Below, piece by piece: positions 41,370 through 50,872 of a stretch of 64,000 nucleotides of DNA (positions are counted from its first letter, which is position 1; each line of letters begins with the position of its first letter). Position numbers and translations under genes: made by a program. Source of the stretch: Candidatus Poribacteria bacterium (lineage in GTDB: Bacteria > Poribacteria > WGA-4E > JAJDTR01); contig CBDCTK010000002.1 of the NCBI GenBank assembly GCA_965222225.1, positions 1,088,001 to 1,152,000 on the forward strand, read 5' to 3'. Under the pieces are notes generated by a model. The model saw only the letters and a list, made by a program, of their open reading frames with translations, was not told where the DNA came from and did not search any database.

Positions 41370-43118
41370 ATGGATTTGAGACCTATCACGGCGAATCCTT
41401 CCCAAATAATGGTGGAGCAACTCGCGACGCTAGGAGTCAAATATGTATTCAACAACTCTGGCTCCCGAGAGGCGCATTTCTTCGACGCTCTGAATTCACA
41501 TCCCAAAATACACGGTATTCTCGGTCTACATGAAGGCAGCGTTGCAGCAATGGCTGGAGGTTACGCGCAAGTAAATCTGGACCCGGCTGTAATGCTCGTG
41601 CACCTCGGCGCAGGATTGGCTCAGTGTCTTGGCCAATTCTATAACGTATGGTACGGGGGGCTCCCTGTCGTGGTCATTACATTCGCAGGAGACACAGGAA
41701 GCTACACCGACAGGGTTAGTTTAGACCTCGGCCATAGTTTTGCGCCAACCTCAATTGCTGCGCCCATGGCAAAGGCTACTTGGACAATCATCGAACCGGA
41801 AGGACTACCTCAAGCCATTTATAGAGCCATTCACATTGCCAAGACGCCTCCGGTTGGGCCAGTGCATCTGGCTGTTTACGATCGGGCTTTGGACAATCAT
41901 CAGGTCTCGACGAACATCATCGAAACTGACATTGTAGACCTGCACCTAGGGCACCCAGACGATGATGACGTAGAAAAAATGGCACGTCTCCTACACGATG
42001 CCGAGCGTCCGGTGGTATATATTGGTGATGGAATCTGGAAGAGCGGGGCAGAGCCAGAAGCCACTGCGTTGGTTGAGCATTATGGACTTCCTGTTGTCCA
42101 CGTGTGGGGCGATCTGCGAAGCATCCCGATTAGGCACAGATTCCGTTGTGGACAGATGGCAGCCATAGAAACTCTTAATCCGGATCTTATTCTCTGCCTT
42201 GGTGTTCGGCACGCCGGGCTTGGTAAGCCTTACGATTACCACGCGTTTACCGACGGGCGTAAGGTAGTTGCCATTGGATCGGATCCCGCAAACATCAAGA
42301 ATATCCCGGGAGTTGATTTCGCGATTTTAGCGGATGAGAAGCGAACCTTGGCACGCTTGAACGAATTGGCGGAGAATCATTCTACATCAACTCGATTGGA
42401 GCTACGACGAACATGGGCACAAACACAAGCGGCATCGCTCCATGCACAACGTACCAAAGCCGAGCGCAGTTCCAAACCACAATCCGGTCGAGTTCGTCCT
42501 TGGCTGTTACGAGATGCGCTTGATGAGGCATTAAACAGTCGTGACGGAGGCACGGTTATGATTGAACAGTATGTCGTACCCGTGGAAAACCTCGCTAAAT
42601 CCGAAGATGTAGGGAACAACTTGTATATGATCGCTGCTGGCGGATCGGAAGGTTACGGAGTTGGCGCAGCCATCGGCGCCAAGCTAGCGGCTCTTGATCG
42701 GCCTGTTGTTGGGCTGGTCGGAGATGGTTCGCTGTGTTATGCCGATTCAGGGCTATGGACAGCGGTTCATCACGGAATTCCGTTGCTCTATGTGATTTCC
42801 AACAATCAATCTTACGGCATCGTTGCGTATCACTTTGGTCGAGCCAAAGGTTCGACAATGGAGGAAACCGATGAGTACCCCGGCGTCGTTTTGAGCGGCA
42901 TAGACCCTGTGAAGATTGCCGAGGGATTCGGAGTGGAGGCCATGTGCATAAAGGATGAGTCTTGCGTCGCAGATTCAATCGAACGTGGATTGGAAGTAGT
43001 GGAACACGAAGGGCGACCATTCCTTCTGGATGTGCATCTACCGCTAGATCTTCCAAACAACGGGAGAGGTGTAGAACCATTTCGCGCTACAGACATTGGA
43101 TACAAAGAAGAGTTTTGA
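41370..43118 (+). CDS. TPP-dependent decarboxylase family (benzoylformate decarboxylase-like)
   Basis: LGLHEGSVAAMAGGYA; GDGSLCY..NNQSYG TPP motif. Confidence 0.85.
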   Translation: MDLRPITANPSQIMVEQLATLGVKYVFNNSGSREAHFFDALNSHPKIHGILGLHEGSVAAMAGGYAQVNLDPAVMLVHLGAGLAQCLGQFYNVWYGGLPVVVITFAGDTGSYTDRVSLDLGHSFAPTSIAAPMAKATWTIIEPEGLPQAIYRAIHIAKTPPVGPVHLAVYDRALDNHQVSTNIIETDIVDLHLGHPDDDDVEKMARLLHDAERPVVYIGDGIWKSGAEPEATALVEHYGLPVVHVWGDLRSIPIRHRFRCGQMAAIETLNPDLILCLGVRHAGLGKPYDYHAFTDGRKVVAIGSDPANIKNIPGVDFAILADEKRTLARLNELAENHSTSTRLELRRTWAQTQAASLHAQRTKAERSSKPQSGRVRPWLLRDALDEALNSRDGGTVMIEQYVVPVENLAKSEDVGNNLYMIAAGGSEGYGVGAAIGAKLAALDRPVVGLVGDGSLCYADSGLWTAVHHGIPLLYVISNNQSYGIVAYHFGRAKGSTMEETDEYPGVVLSGIDPVKIAEGFGVEAMCIKDESCVADSIERGLEVVEHEGRPFLLDVHLPLDLPNNGRGVEPFRATDIGYKEEF

Positions 43119-43187
43119 CGTGACTTCAACAGGGGCAACAAAACCTTCGCCCTCGGATCCCATGGTGTTGCGTCAAAGTTATTATCT

Positions 43188-43835
43188 ATGAAACAGGTCC
43201 TTGTCTACTCCGATTCGCTTACATGGGGCATCATTCCGAATACCAGAAAACGTCTGCAATTTGACGCACGTTGGCCCGGCGTCTTGGAAAATACGCTGAT
43301 TCGTGAAGGTATACCGACGCGCGTGATTGAGGACTGCCTCAACGGACGTAGGACGGTGTGGGGCGATCCGTTCAAAGCTGGGCGTAACGGAGTGGAAGGA
43401 TTAGCTCAACGAATCGAAGTCCATTCTCCCCTCGATCTAGTTATCTTGATGCTCGGCACGAACGACTTTCAATCCGTGCACTCGTACACTGCTTGGCATT
43501 CGGCGCAAGGAATTCGTGCATTGATCGCCGAGATTAGAGGCGCGCCTATAGAACCGGGAATGCCAATCCCTGAGATATTGGTCATCGCACCACCAGAACT
43601 CCGCACACCGAAAGGCCTCATGGCTCCAAAGTTCGCCGGCGCAGATGTCAAGTGCACTGGACTTGCTACCGAATTCCGCAAAACAACTGAAGAACTCGGC
43701 TGTCACTTCTTTGATGCCGGGTCGGCGACAACAACTAGCAAAATTGATGGAGTTCATCTAGACGAAGATCAGCATAGTGTCCTTGGCGTCGCAGTAGGAG
43801 AAATCGTTGCTGGACTTCTCGGAGATACGTGTTGA
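43188..43835 (+). CDS. SGNH/GDSL hydrolase (arylesterase-like)
   Basis: YSDSLTWG, LNGRRT, MLGTND and DGVH motifs. Confidence 0.92.
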   Translation: MKQVLVYSDSLTWGIIPNTRKRLQFDARWPGVLENTLIREGIPTRVIEDCLNGRRTVWGDPFKAGRNGVEGLAQRIEVHSPLDLVILMLGTNDFQSVHSYTAWHSAQGIRALIAEIRGAPIEPGMPIPEILVIAPPELRTPKGLMAPKFAGADVKCTGLATEFRKTTEELGCHFFDAGSATTTSKIDGVHLDEDQHSVLGVAVGEIVAGLLGDTC

Positions 43836-43880
43836 GCCGTACCTATACCTGTGAACGAAATAGAAACATTGGGAGGTTAT

Positions 43881-44921
43881 ATGCCGGAACGGAAAGGATA
43901 TCGTTTTTCATTTGGTCCTTGGAACATACACGAAGGCGAGGATCCATTTGGTCCCCCCGTCCGTAATTCGTATTCATTTGATGAGAAAATCAGCTTTTAC
44001 CGCGATCTCGGATTCATTGGTATTCAGTTTCATGACGATGACATTGTACCTGACATTGATGACAAGACGCATGAGCAAATCATACAGAAAACCAGAGACG
44101 TTAAACGACTCATTGAGAATCTGGGCTTAACACCCGAAATCGTGGCACCACGTTTGTGGTTTGCACCACAAACCATTGACGGTGGTTATACCTCCAATCT
44201 GTCATCTGATCGCGACTATGCCCTTGAACGGTCAAAACGCTGTGTGGACATCGCCAACGAAATTGGGTGTCGGAATATTGTTCTCTGGCTTGCCCGCGAG
44301 GGCACGTATCTCCGAGAAGCAAAAGATTCAGCGGGGGCAGTGGGCCGCATCGTTGATGCCATTAACACCATGCTTGACTACGACCCGCGCATCCGCGTGT
44401 TGGTTGAACCCAAACCGAATGAGCCAATGGATCAGGCTTATATTCCGACAATCGGACATGCACTAGGGCTTGCTTACATCAGCAATGACCCAGACCGAGT
44501 CGGCGGTCTAATTGAGAGCGCACACGCCATTCTTGCAGGACTGGATCCTTCGGATGAAATGGGATATGCGCTACATCACAAAAAGCTGTGGAGTGTCCAC
44601 CTAAACGATCAAAACGGGTTGAAATTCGATGAGGACAAGGCGTTCGGATCAGTGGATCTCCGACGTGCTTTTAATCAGGTTCGCATTTTGGAGGAACACG
44701 GTTACGGCAAGAATGGTGAATTTGTGGGTTTGGACGTGAAAGTCATGCGAACACAACCGCGCGCGATCTCGACCAAACACCTCCTCAACAGCCGCAAGAC
44801 CTTCTTCCGCTTGCTGGAGAAAGTGCGCACGCTTGACCGCGCAGTCGAACGAGAGTTGATCGACGCACGCGATTACGAGGAATTGGATCTCTACATTCTT
44901 AACCACCTTCTCGGGCAGTAG
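43881..44921 (+). CDS. xylA: Xylose isomerase (class I-like)
   Basis: FHDDD, WLAREG, EPKPNEP, ESAH and HLNDQNGLKFDED metal-binding motifs; GGAGG RBS before ATG 43881; substrate not certain. Confidence 0.8.
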   Translation: MPERKGYRFSFGPWNIHEGEDPFGPPVRNSYSFDEKISFYRDLGFIGIQFHDDDIVPDIDDKTHEQIIQKTRDVKRLIENLGLTPEIVAPRLWFAPQTIDGGYTSNLSSDRDYALERSKRCVDIANEIGCRNIVLWLAREGTYLREAKDSAGAVGRIVDAINTMLDYDPRIRVLVEPKPNEPMDQAYIPTIGHALGLAYISNDPDRVGGLIESAHAILAGLDPSDEMGYALHHKKLWSVHLNDQNGLKFDEDKAFGSVDLRRAFNQVRILEEHGYGKNGEFVGLDVKVMRTQPRAISTKHLLNSRKTFFRLLEKVRTLDRAVERELIDARDYEELDLYILNHLLGQ

Positions 44922-45396
44922 GGCGGGCTACCAACCGGTCCAGATTCGCGTCAAGGATTATTTGGCTAAGGAATGCTTACCGTACTCCATATATGCCATG
45001 TTAGCAGCTGTGAAATTAGGGCGCTACGAGAATAACAGGCAGCGAGTCTTACCTCAGATACGCGGCCCCCAATTCTCTTTCTACCGCCAAAAAGAAATGA
45101 GACAGTAACGGCACGCGAGTTAATATCCGGAAAATAATCGCACCGATGACATTCCACTTCTAGCAAGCTATTCATCGACAGTGCTAACATTCTACTCCGC
45201 CTACACCCCATCAATGTCCTAAACTGCTGGTCTCTTTTCGTAGGAAGCCGCGCGGCATCAGAGTTTGCTGCACAGATTTTTCTGATTCAAATCGCAACCA
45301 ACCAAGATTTCTTGGTTCTAGCACTACACGAAGTAATATAATACTTCACTCATCACTTTACACAGTGATGCATTACAATTAGCAAGGAGAATTCCG

Positions 45397-47031
45397 ATGA
45401 TTGTTTCCGATGCTATCGGCGAGATTCTGAAGGCTGAAGGCACAGAGTATTTATTCACTTACCCAGTTAATCCTATCACCGAAGGTGCAGCCAAAGCGGG
45501 AATCCGCCCCATTGTAGTCCGCCAAGAAAGAATCGGGCTGCACATGGCGGATGCACTTAGTCGGATGAACTCGGGCGAGAAGATTGGCGTGTTTTGTATG
45601 CAACATGGGCCCGGAGCGGAAAACGCATTCGGAGGCGTCGCCCAAGCCTATGGAGACTCCGCACCAATCGTGGTATTGCCGGCAGGTTATAGTCGAGACA
45701 AAACAAACGTCGATCCCAACTTCAGTTCGCTGATAAATTACCGTAATGTCACTAAATCTTGCGAGCAAGTTACGATGCCGGCCTCCGTTCCGGCGGCGCT
45801 TAGACGCGCGTTCATGCAGGCGAAAAACGGGCGTCCGCGTCCGACGCTAGTAGAGATACCCCAGGATATATTCAGTGCGGAATTGCCTGGGGAGTTGAAT
45901 TACCGACCCGTTCCAAAACTGCGTCGCGCACCTGATCCGAACGAAATACCAAGGATTGCCAAAATTCTGATTGAGGCCAAGCGACCAGTTATTTATGCAG
46001 GACAGGGTGTCCACTACGCTAAGGGGTGGGAAGAGTTGAAGGAGTTGGCAGAATTGTTGGAAGCTCCAGTTACCACAAGCCTACAAGGCAAGAGCGCGTT
46101 TCCGGAGAACCACCCTTTGTCCCTCGGCTCTGGTGGGCTTGCCATTCCAAAGATGGTGCACGATTTCTTGCAAACTTCAGACGTTATTTTCGGCATTGGG
46201 TGCAGCTTCAGCAGCACCGGCTTCGGGGTAGCCATGCCGAAGGGCAAAACCATTATTCACGCCACGCTCGATGAAGCAGACATCAACAAAGACCTAGAGG
46301 CAGACTATGCCTTGGTTGGCGATGCGCGCCTGACGTTGCAAGCACTTATTGATGAAATCCACGATCGGTTGGGTGGTAAACTTCGAGGCCATGGTAATGG
46401 GGTGGCTCAAGAAATCAGTCAGATTAAGGCAGGATGGCTGGGTGAGTGGAACCCAAAATTGACATCGGATGAAGTTCCTCTTTGTCCCTACCGCGTGATC
46501 TGGGATCTGTTGCATACCGTGGACGTGGCGAATACGATCATTACTCACGATGCCGGTAGTCCACGCGACCAACTCTCACCTTTCTGGCAACCCACGACTC
46601 CGCTTTCGTATATCGGCTGGGGAAAAACCACGCAATTGGGTTATGGGCTTGGCTTAGCAATGGGGGCAAAGTTGGCGCGACCGGACAAACTATGTATCAA
46701 CGTCTGGGGCGACGCAGCTATCGGCTTCACGGGCATGGATTTTGAGACAGCCGCTAGAGCCGAGATTCCTATCCTTTCCATACTGTTCAACAATTTCTGT
46801 ATGGCTATTGAGTTAAGAATTATGGCGCTTTCGACCGAGAAATTTCGTAGCACGGACATATCCGGCAACTACGCTGACATGGCAAAGGCTTTCGGCGGGT
46901 ACGGGGAACGGGTCGAAACTCCAAACGAAATAATCCCCGCCATCAAGCGGGGTATTGAGCAGACAAAGGAAGGTCGCCCCGCCTTATTGGAATTCATTAC
47001 ATGTAAAGAAACCGAGATTTCACGGTTCTAG
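45397..47031 (+). CDS. TPP-requiring enzyme, acetolactate synthase-like family
   Basis: RQERIGLHMADA, QHGPGAEN, GRPRPTLVEIP and GDAAIGF..NN motifs. Confidence 0.88.
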   Translation: MIVSDAIGEILKAEGTEYLFTYPVNPITEGAAKAGIRPIVVRQERIGLHMADALSRMNSGEKIGVFCMQHGPGAENAFGGVAQAYGDSAPIVVLPAGYSRDKTNVDPNFSSLINYRNVTKSCEQVTMPASVPAALRRAFMQAKNGRPRPTLVEIPQDIFSAELPGELNYRPVPKLRRAPDPNEIPRIAKILIEAKRPVIYAGQGVHYAKGWEELKELAELLEAPVTTSLQGKSAFPENHPLSLGSGGLAIPKMVHDFLQTSDVIFGIGCSFSSTGFGVAMPKGKTIIHATLDEADINKDLEADYALVGDARLTLQALIDEIHDRLGGKLRGHGNGVAQEISQIKAGWLGEWNPKLTSDEVPLCPYRVIWDLLHTVDVANTIITHDAGSPRDQLSPFWQPTTPLSYIGWGKTTQLGYGLGLAMGAKLARPDKLCINVWGDAAIGFTGMDFETAARAEIPILSILFNNFCMAIELRIMALSTEKFRSTDISGNYADMAKAFGGYGERVETPNEIIPAIKRGIEQTKEGRPALLEFITCKETEISRF

Positions 47032-47266
47032 ATACAGACGTTGATAGGGTGGATTTTTCGGTCTTTCGTAGCCACCCAAGGACGTGGTATGGCTAGGAGA
47101 AACTGATTTTAGCAAAGAACTAATGAGCGTGGAACAATTACTTTTCTCAAACCCAGTGACATCTGACGGCAGACATTGTGCATCAGAGACTTTGATTTAT
47201 GGTCTAACATCTTGGGCAATCTGGGTAGTCGCCTATTCTATTCCTTGGAGGTTCTGATTAGGTACT

Positions 47267-48277
47267 ATGGCTGATTTGGATCGAGACGAGGTTTGGAACA
47301 ATCGTGCTGCTCAAATACGACATTTCTGCGTCGAACGCGGCATTACGAAGCTCCTTCATTTTACACGAATTGAGAACCTACGTAGCATTCTGCGAGAAGG
47401 CTTATTGAGTCGTGAGACACTGGATTCACGCGGGCAACAATACTGTTTCAACGACCAGGACCGCGTTGACGGTTATAAAAATGCGGTTTGCCTTAGCATA
47501 AGTTTTCCAAACTACAGAATGTTCTACTCAATTAGGGAAGAGAAGAAAGGTGAGGAGGTTAATGATGCCTATTGGACTGTTCTGCTCCTTGACGCTGAAG
47601 TCTTATGGGAATTGGATTGTGCTTTTTGTCACACAAACGCCGCTGCTAGTGCCATGACATCCATTTCATTGGATGAGCACAAGGAATTCAATGCTCTAGA
47701 GGCAATGTTCTTGAATGCTCCCGAGAAGCGCCGGGCACTTGATAATAATGAGCCGACAGACCCACAAGCGGAAATACTAGTGTTTAGCCCAATTCCGCAA
47801 AATCATATCAGAGAAGTCCATTTTTGGGATGGAAGCATCTTGAGACAGTGGTTGTCTGACCATCACCCATCTTTTGATGAACGGCTTGACGAAAATCAGA
47901 AATTTTTTCGACCGAGGCACGACTGGGAGATATGGAAGAGCGATGATTTGAAGAACGATGATACATCTGAGGTGCAAGAGCATCGGAACTTTTTTGAGAA
48001 TCCTGAACCACGGATAAACGACGATACATATGATTCCCAATTGAAAACTCTACCACTTTTTGTGCCATATTTAATGAGATTTCCATACGTCAAAGCCATT
48101 GACCTAGAGGTCCATTGGTACTCTGGACAGCCACAAAAGTCCATCAACTCTTTTCACCAAGCTGCCAAGAAGAATGGTGTCTCTCCCGTACTTGAGATTT
48201 CAAGAGAATCAACGTCGCCACTTGGGGTTTCATTGTGTGCGTTCAATCTGAAATTTCGAGCACCAAGTGGTCAATAG
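47267..48277 (+). CDS. darT: DarT1-type DNA ADP-ribosyltransferase toxin with C-terminal NADAR-derived extension (frame continues past TAG to 48643)
   Basis: LLHFTRIENLRSILREGLLSR, FNDQDRVDG, CLSISFPNYRMF, TNAA and PTDPQAEILV motifs. Confidence 0.85.
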   Translation: MADLDRDEVWNNRAAQIRHFCVERGITKLLHFTRIENLRSILREGLLSRETLDSRGQQYCFNDQDRVDGYKNAVCLSISFPNYRMFYSIREEKKGEEVNDAYWTVLLLDAEVLWELDCAFCHTNAAASAMTSISLDEHKEFNALEAMFLNAPEKRRALDNNEPTDPQAEILVFSPIPQNHIREVHFWDGSILRQWLSDHHPSFDERLDENQKFFRPRHDWEIWKSDDLKNDDTSEVQEHRNFFENPEPRINDDTYDSQLKTLPLFVPYLMRFPYVKAIDLEVHWYSGQPQKSINSFHQAAKKNGVSPVLEISRESTSPLGVSLCAFNLKFRAPSGQ

Positions 48278-48643
48278 GTAACCGTCGAATGCGCTTTTGA
48301 AGGAAGTAAAGTGTTTGAAAATGGCGGACCGTATCATGAATTGTACTCAGTTCCTCCTAGCGAGGCGAACAACGACAGTCGTTTACGGTATTCAGGAAGG
48401 GTGATTGCCTTTAACTTTTTCGGTAAAGAGTACCCGATTGAATCCAAAGATGAGTTCTACAACCGACTGTACATAACAGCACTGAAACAGGAAGGACGGC
48501 ATTTCGCTCGAAGACTTCAAAAGTTCGAGGGTTTTTCAGACATAGGTTTTAATCCACAGCGCGCTAACAATTGTCCTGCCCGCGCCACTGCACTATTTGT
48601 AGCATTGTGCCGAATCCAATGGTCTGATGAGTTCAAACTCTAA
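48041..48643 (+). pseudogene. Degenerate NADAR copy in frame with darT, interrupted by one TAG (48275-48277)
   Basis: LEISRES..LGVSLCAFNLKFRAPSGQ*VTVECAFEGSKVFENGGPY..FSDIGFNP..NCPARA aligns over most of 48807-49481. Confidence 0.8.
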
Positions 48644-48806
48644 AACCGATTATATCACGTAAGCAGTCCGCAAGGAGTTTTTCTATTTTCCACGTTCCAG
48701 GAAGAGTTGCTGTGTGGGCAGGTTACACTATGCTTTATCTCGTGTTTCGAAGGATTTTGCAGAACCCTGACTAGATTTTATAACTACTTGAAGGACGTTG
48801 AAAACA

Positions 48807-49481
48807 ATGGCGAAACGACCTGTTTTTGCACCGAATCCGAGCGAATTTCCTTATGTCGAAGTCATTGATGTAGAATTTCAATGGTATCCCGGATTTGCGA
48901 AATCACAGCTACAGAAATCTATAGATTCATTACACCTAGCCGCTAAAAGCCGGGGCATTAACCCCATTTTGGAGATATCGGGAAAATCGGCATTTGCACT
49001 TGGGGTTTCACTGAGTGCGTTCAATCTGAAACTTCAAGCACTAAGCGGCCAGACGATGAGTGTTGAATGCGCATACCAAGGGAGCAAGGTATTCGAAAAA
49101 GGCGGGCCATATCACGACCTGTACACGGTGTCAAGTAGAGAGGCGAAAACCGACGAACGTATTCAGAATTCGGGGGAGTTAATTAGTTTTATCTTTTGCG
49201 GTAAAGAATTTCCAACTGAGCCCAAAACGGCTTTCTACGATTCTTTATATATAACAGCACTATGGCAAAATAAGCAGAATCTAGCGCCTGAACTCGTAAA
49301 GTTTCAAGGTTTTTCAGATATAGTTTTTAATCCGCAACGTTCTTTCAATTGTCAAGCGCGCGCCGCTGCAATATTTGTGTCGCTGTCTCAAAATCAGTTG
49401 CTCAATGAAGTAGCAATGCAAGATCTGGATGGCTGTATGCGACTCCTGACAGATCAAAAACCACTCCTCCAATTTTCGTAA
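48807..49481 (+). CDS. darG: DarT1-associated NADAR antitoxin (DarG1)
   Basis: MAKRPVF, QKSIDSLH, LGVSLSAFNL, SVECAYQGSKVF, REAK.D.R, PKTAFYD, FSDI.FNP and NCQARAAA motifs. Confidence 0.88.
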   Translation: MAKRPVFAPNPSEFPYVEVIDVEFQWYPGFAKSQLQKSIDSLHLAAKSRGINPILEISGKSAFALGVSLSAFNLKLQALSGQTMSVECAYQGSKVFEKGGPYHDLYTVSSREAKTDERIQNSGELISFIFCGKEFPTEPKTAFYDSLYITALWQNKQNLAPELVKFQGFSDIVFNPQRSFNCQARAAAIFVSLSQNQLLNEVAMQDLDGCMRLLTDQKPLLQFS

Positions 49482-49650
49482 ACTGACGCTTTAAACGCGA
49501 GTTAGCAAACCTCGCCCAATTGTTTTCTGAGCATATGGGGCTTGAACGGCGAATGCCTGAAAAGGTAGTGACCAATACGGGTGGGAACAAACGGTTTTTC
49601 GATTTGGCAACTGATATTCCTAGTTACTTTAGTCCAAATTGCCACCTAAT

Positions 49651-50514
49651 TCAACTGGCTTTCTTCGCAAAGACAGGATTTTCTAGCAAACTCTGGACTT
49701 CATAGATGGAGCCCTTGCGTGCTGCGTGCGGAAGCGGCATTCGAACTGGAATTGATTCGATACGCGGTTGGTTCGTCGGCTCGCCGCGTAGAACAAACGA
49801 GTTAAACGTTTCCAAGTCAGGAATCCCTGATAAAGGCCACGCATCAATAGCACAATACTGGCTAAGCAGCAGACGACGTGGGTTGCTAGACGTGTTTGGC
49901 GCCGAACCGTGCACCGTGCGCACATGATGAATTGAAATCCCACCGGCTTTAACTTCAACAGGTACCGCGCCATCCGAACTGAAGTTGGAATCGGTAACGG
50001 CACCGACAAATTCTCCATTCTGATGGTGATTGTAGGTAGGCCCCTTATGTGATCCCGGAATGACCATCAGGGCACCATTTTCAACCGTCATGTCATCGAA
50101 CGACACACCAACAGCCAACAGATCGTCGTTAGTGTGCGGATAGAACGCCCAATCCTGATGCCATTCTACCGGACTTCCGTACTCCGCATACTTCATATTG
50201 AGTTTCTGACCGTTGAAACGAAGACCGTTACCGATTAACTGCGAGACAATGTCAAGAATTTTTTCATGTCGCAGTGCCCTGTCGTAGACGATGTGTTCCA
50301 TATGGGGGTTTTTGAGACGCCGCACGCGAGGATCTACTGGTGAATGACTAGGCTCAAGGTCAAAGACGCTCGTGTGTTCGGTTAACGCTCGAGACTTCTC
50401 AACAAACTCATCGGTTACCCCTCGCAGGTCCGCGACCTCGTCGGCAGTCAGTACGTCTTCAACGCCGATATAGCCATTCCTATGGTAGAAATCAATCTGT
50501 TCTTGCGTTAACAT
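49651..50514 (-). CDS. Phytanoyl-CoA dioxygenase (PhyH) family oxygenase
   Basis: LTQEQIDFYHRNGY, WHQD, ENGALMVIPGSH and HGSAPNTSSNPRR motifs. Confidence 0.92.
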   Translation of the reverse strand: MLTQEQIDFYHRNGYIGVEDVLTADEVADLRGVTDEFVEKSRALTEHTSVFDLEPSHSPVDPRVRRLKNPHMEHIVYDRALRHEKILDIVSQLIGNGLRFNGQKLNMKYAEYGSPVEWHQDWAFYPHTNDDLLAVGVSFDDMTVENGALMVIPGSHKGPTYNHHQNGEFVGAVTDSNFSSDGAVPVEVKAGGISIHHVRTVHGSAPNTSSNPRRLLLSQYCAIDAWPLSGIPDLETFNSFVLRGEPTNQPRIESIPVRMPLPHAARKGSIYEVQSLLENPVFAKKAS

Positions 50515-50872
50515 AAGTGACTCCTTTTGAGCCTTTGAATCCCCAAACTTGCGTAACGAAATGTACCTTTATCTATCACTACGGTGCGCAACACTGTTGG
50601 ACATTTTAAATCTCACGCCGACGGCGAGTTCCCCTCCTGGGACCATCCAAGAAGTGTAGCAATCTTCACCATGCGAGCTGTAACCCACTTTCAGTTGCAG
50701 AAGCCAGAGCCCCACGTCCTAACATCAAGTATTATTTATAACCGAAGAGTCTTCGATTGTCAAGTTTAATCCGTTCACGTTGAACTGCCGGGCACTGAAG
50801 GTGTATACTATAATGTGTGGAACTCCGACATTTCAGCGCGAACATTCAACTCCCCTCAGACGAGGTTTTCCA

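Noticed and set aside
50600-50720. Cobalamin riboswitch on the + strand (GCTGTAA..AAGCCAG)
   Set aside because: Lacks the GGGAA and GCCACTG/B12-box core elements
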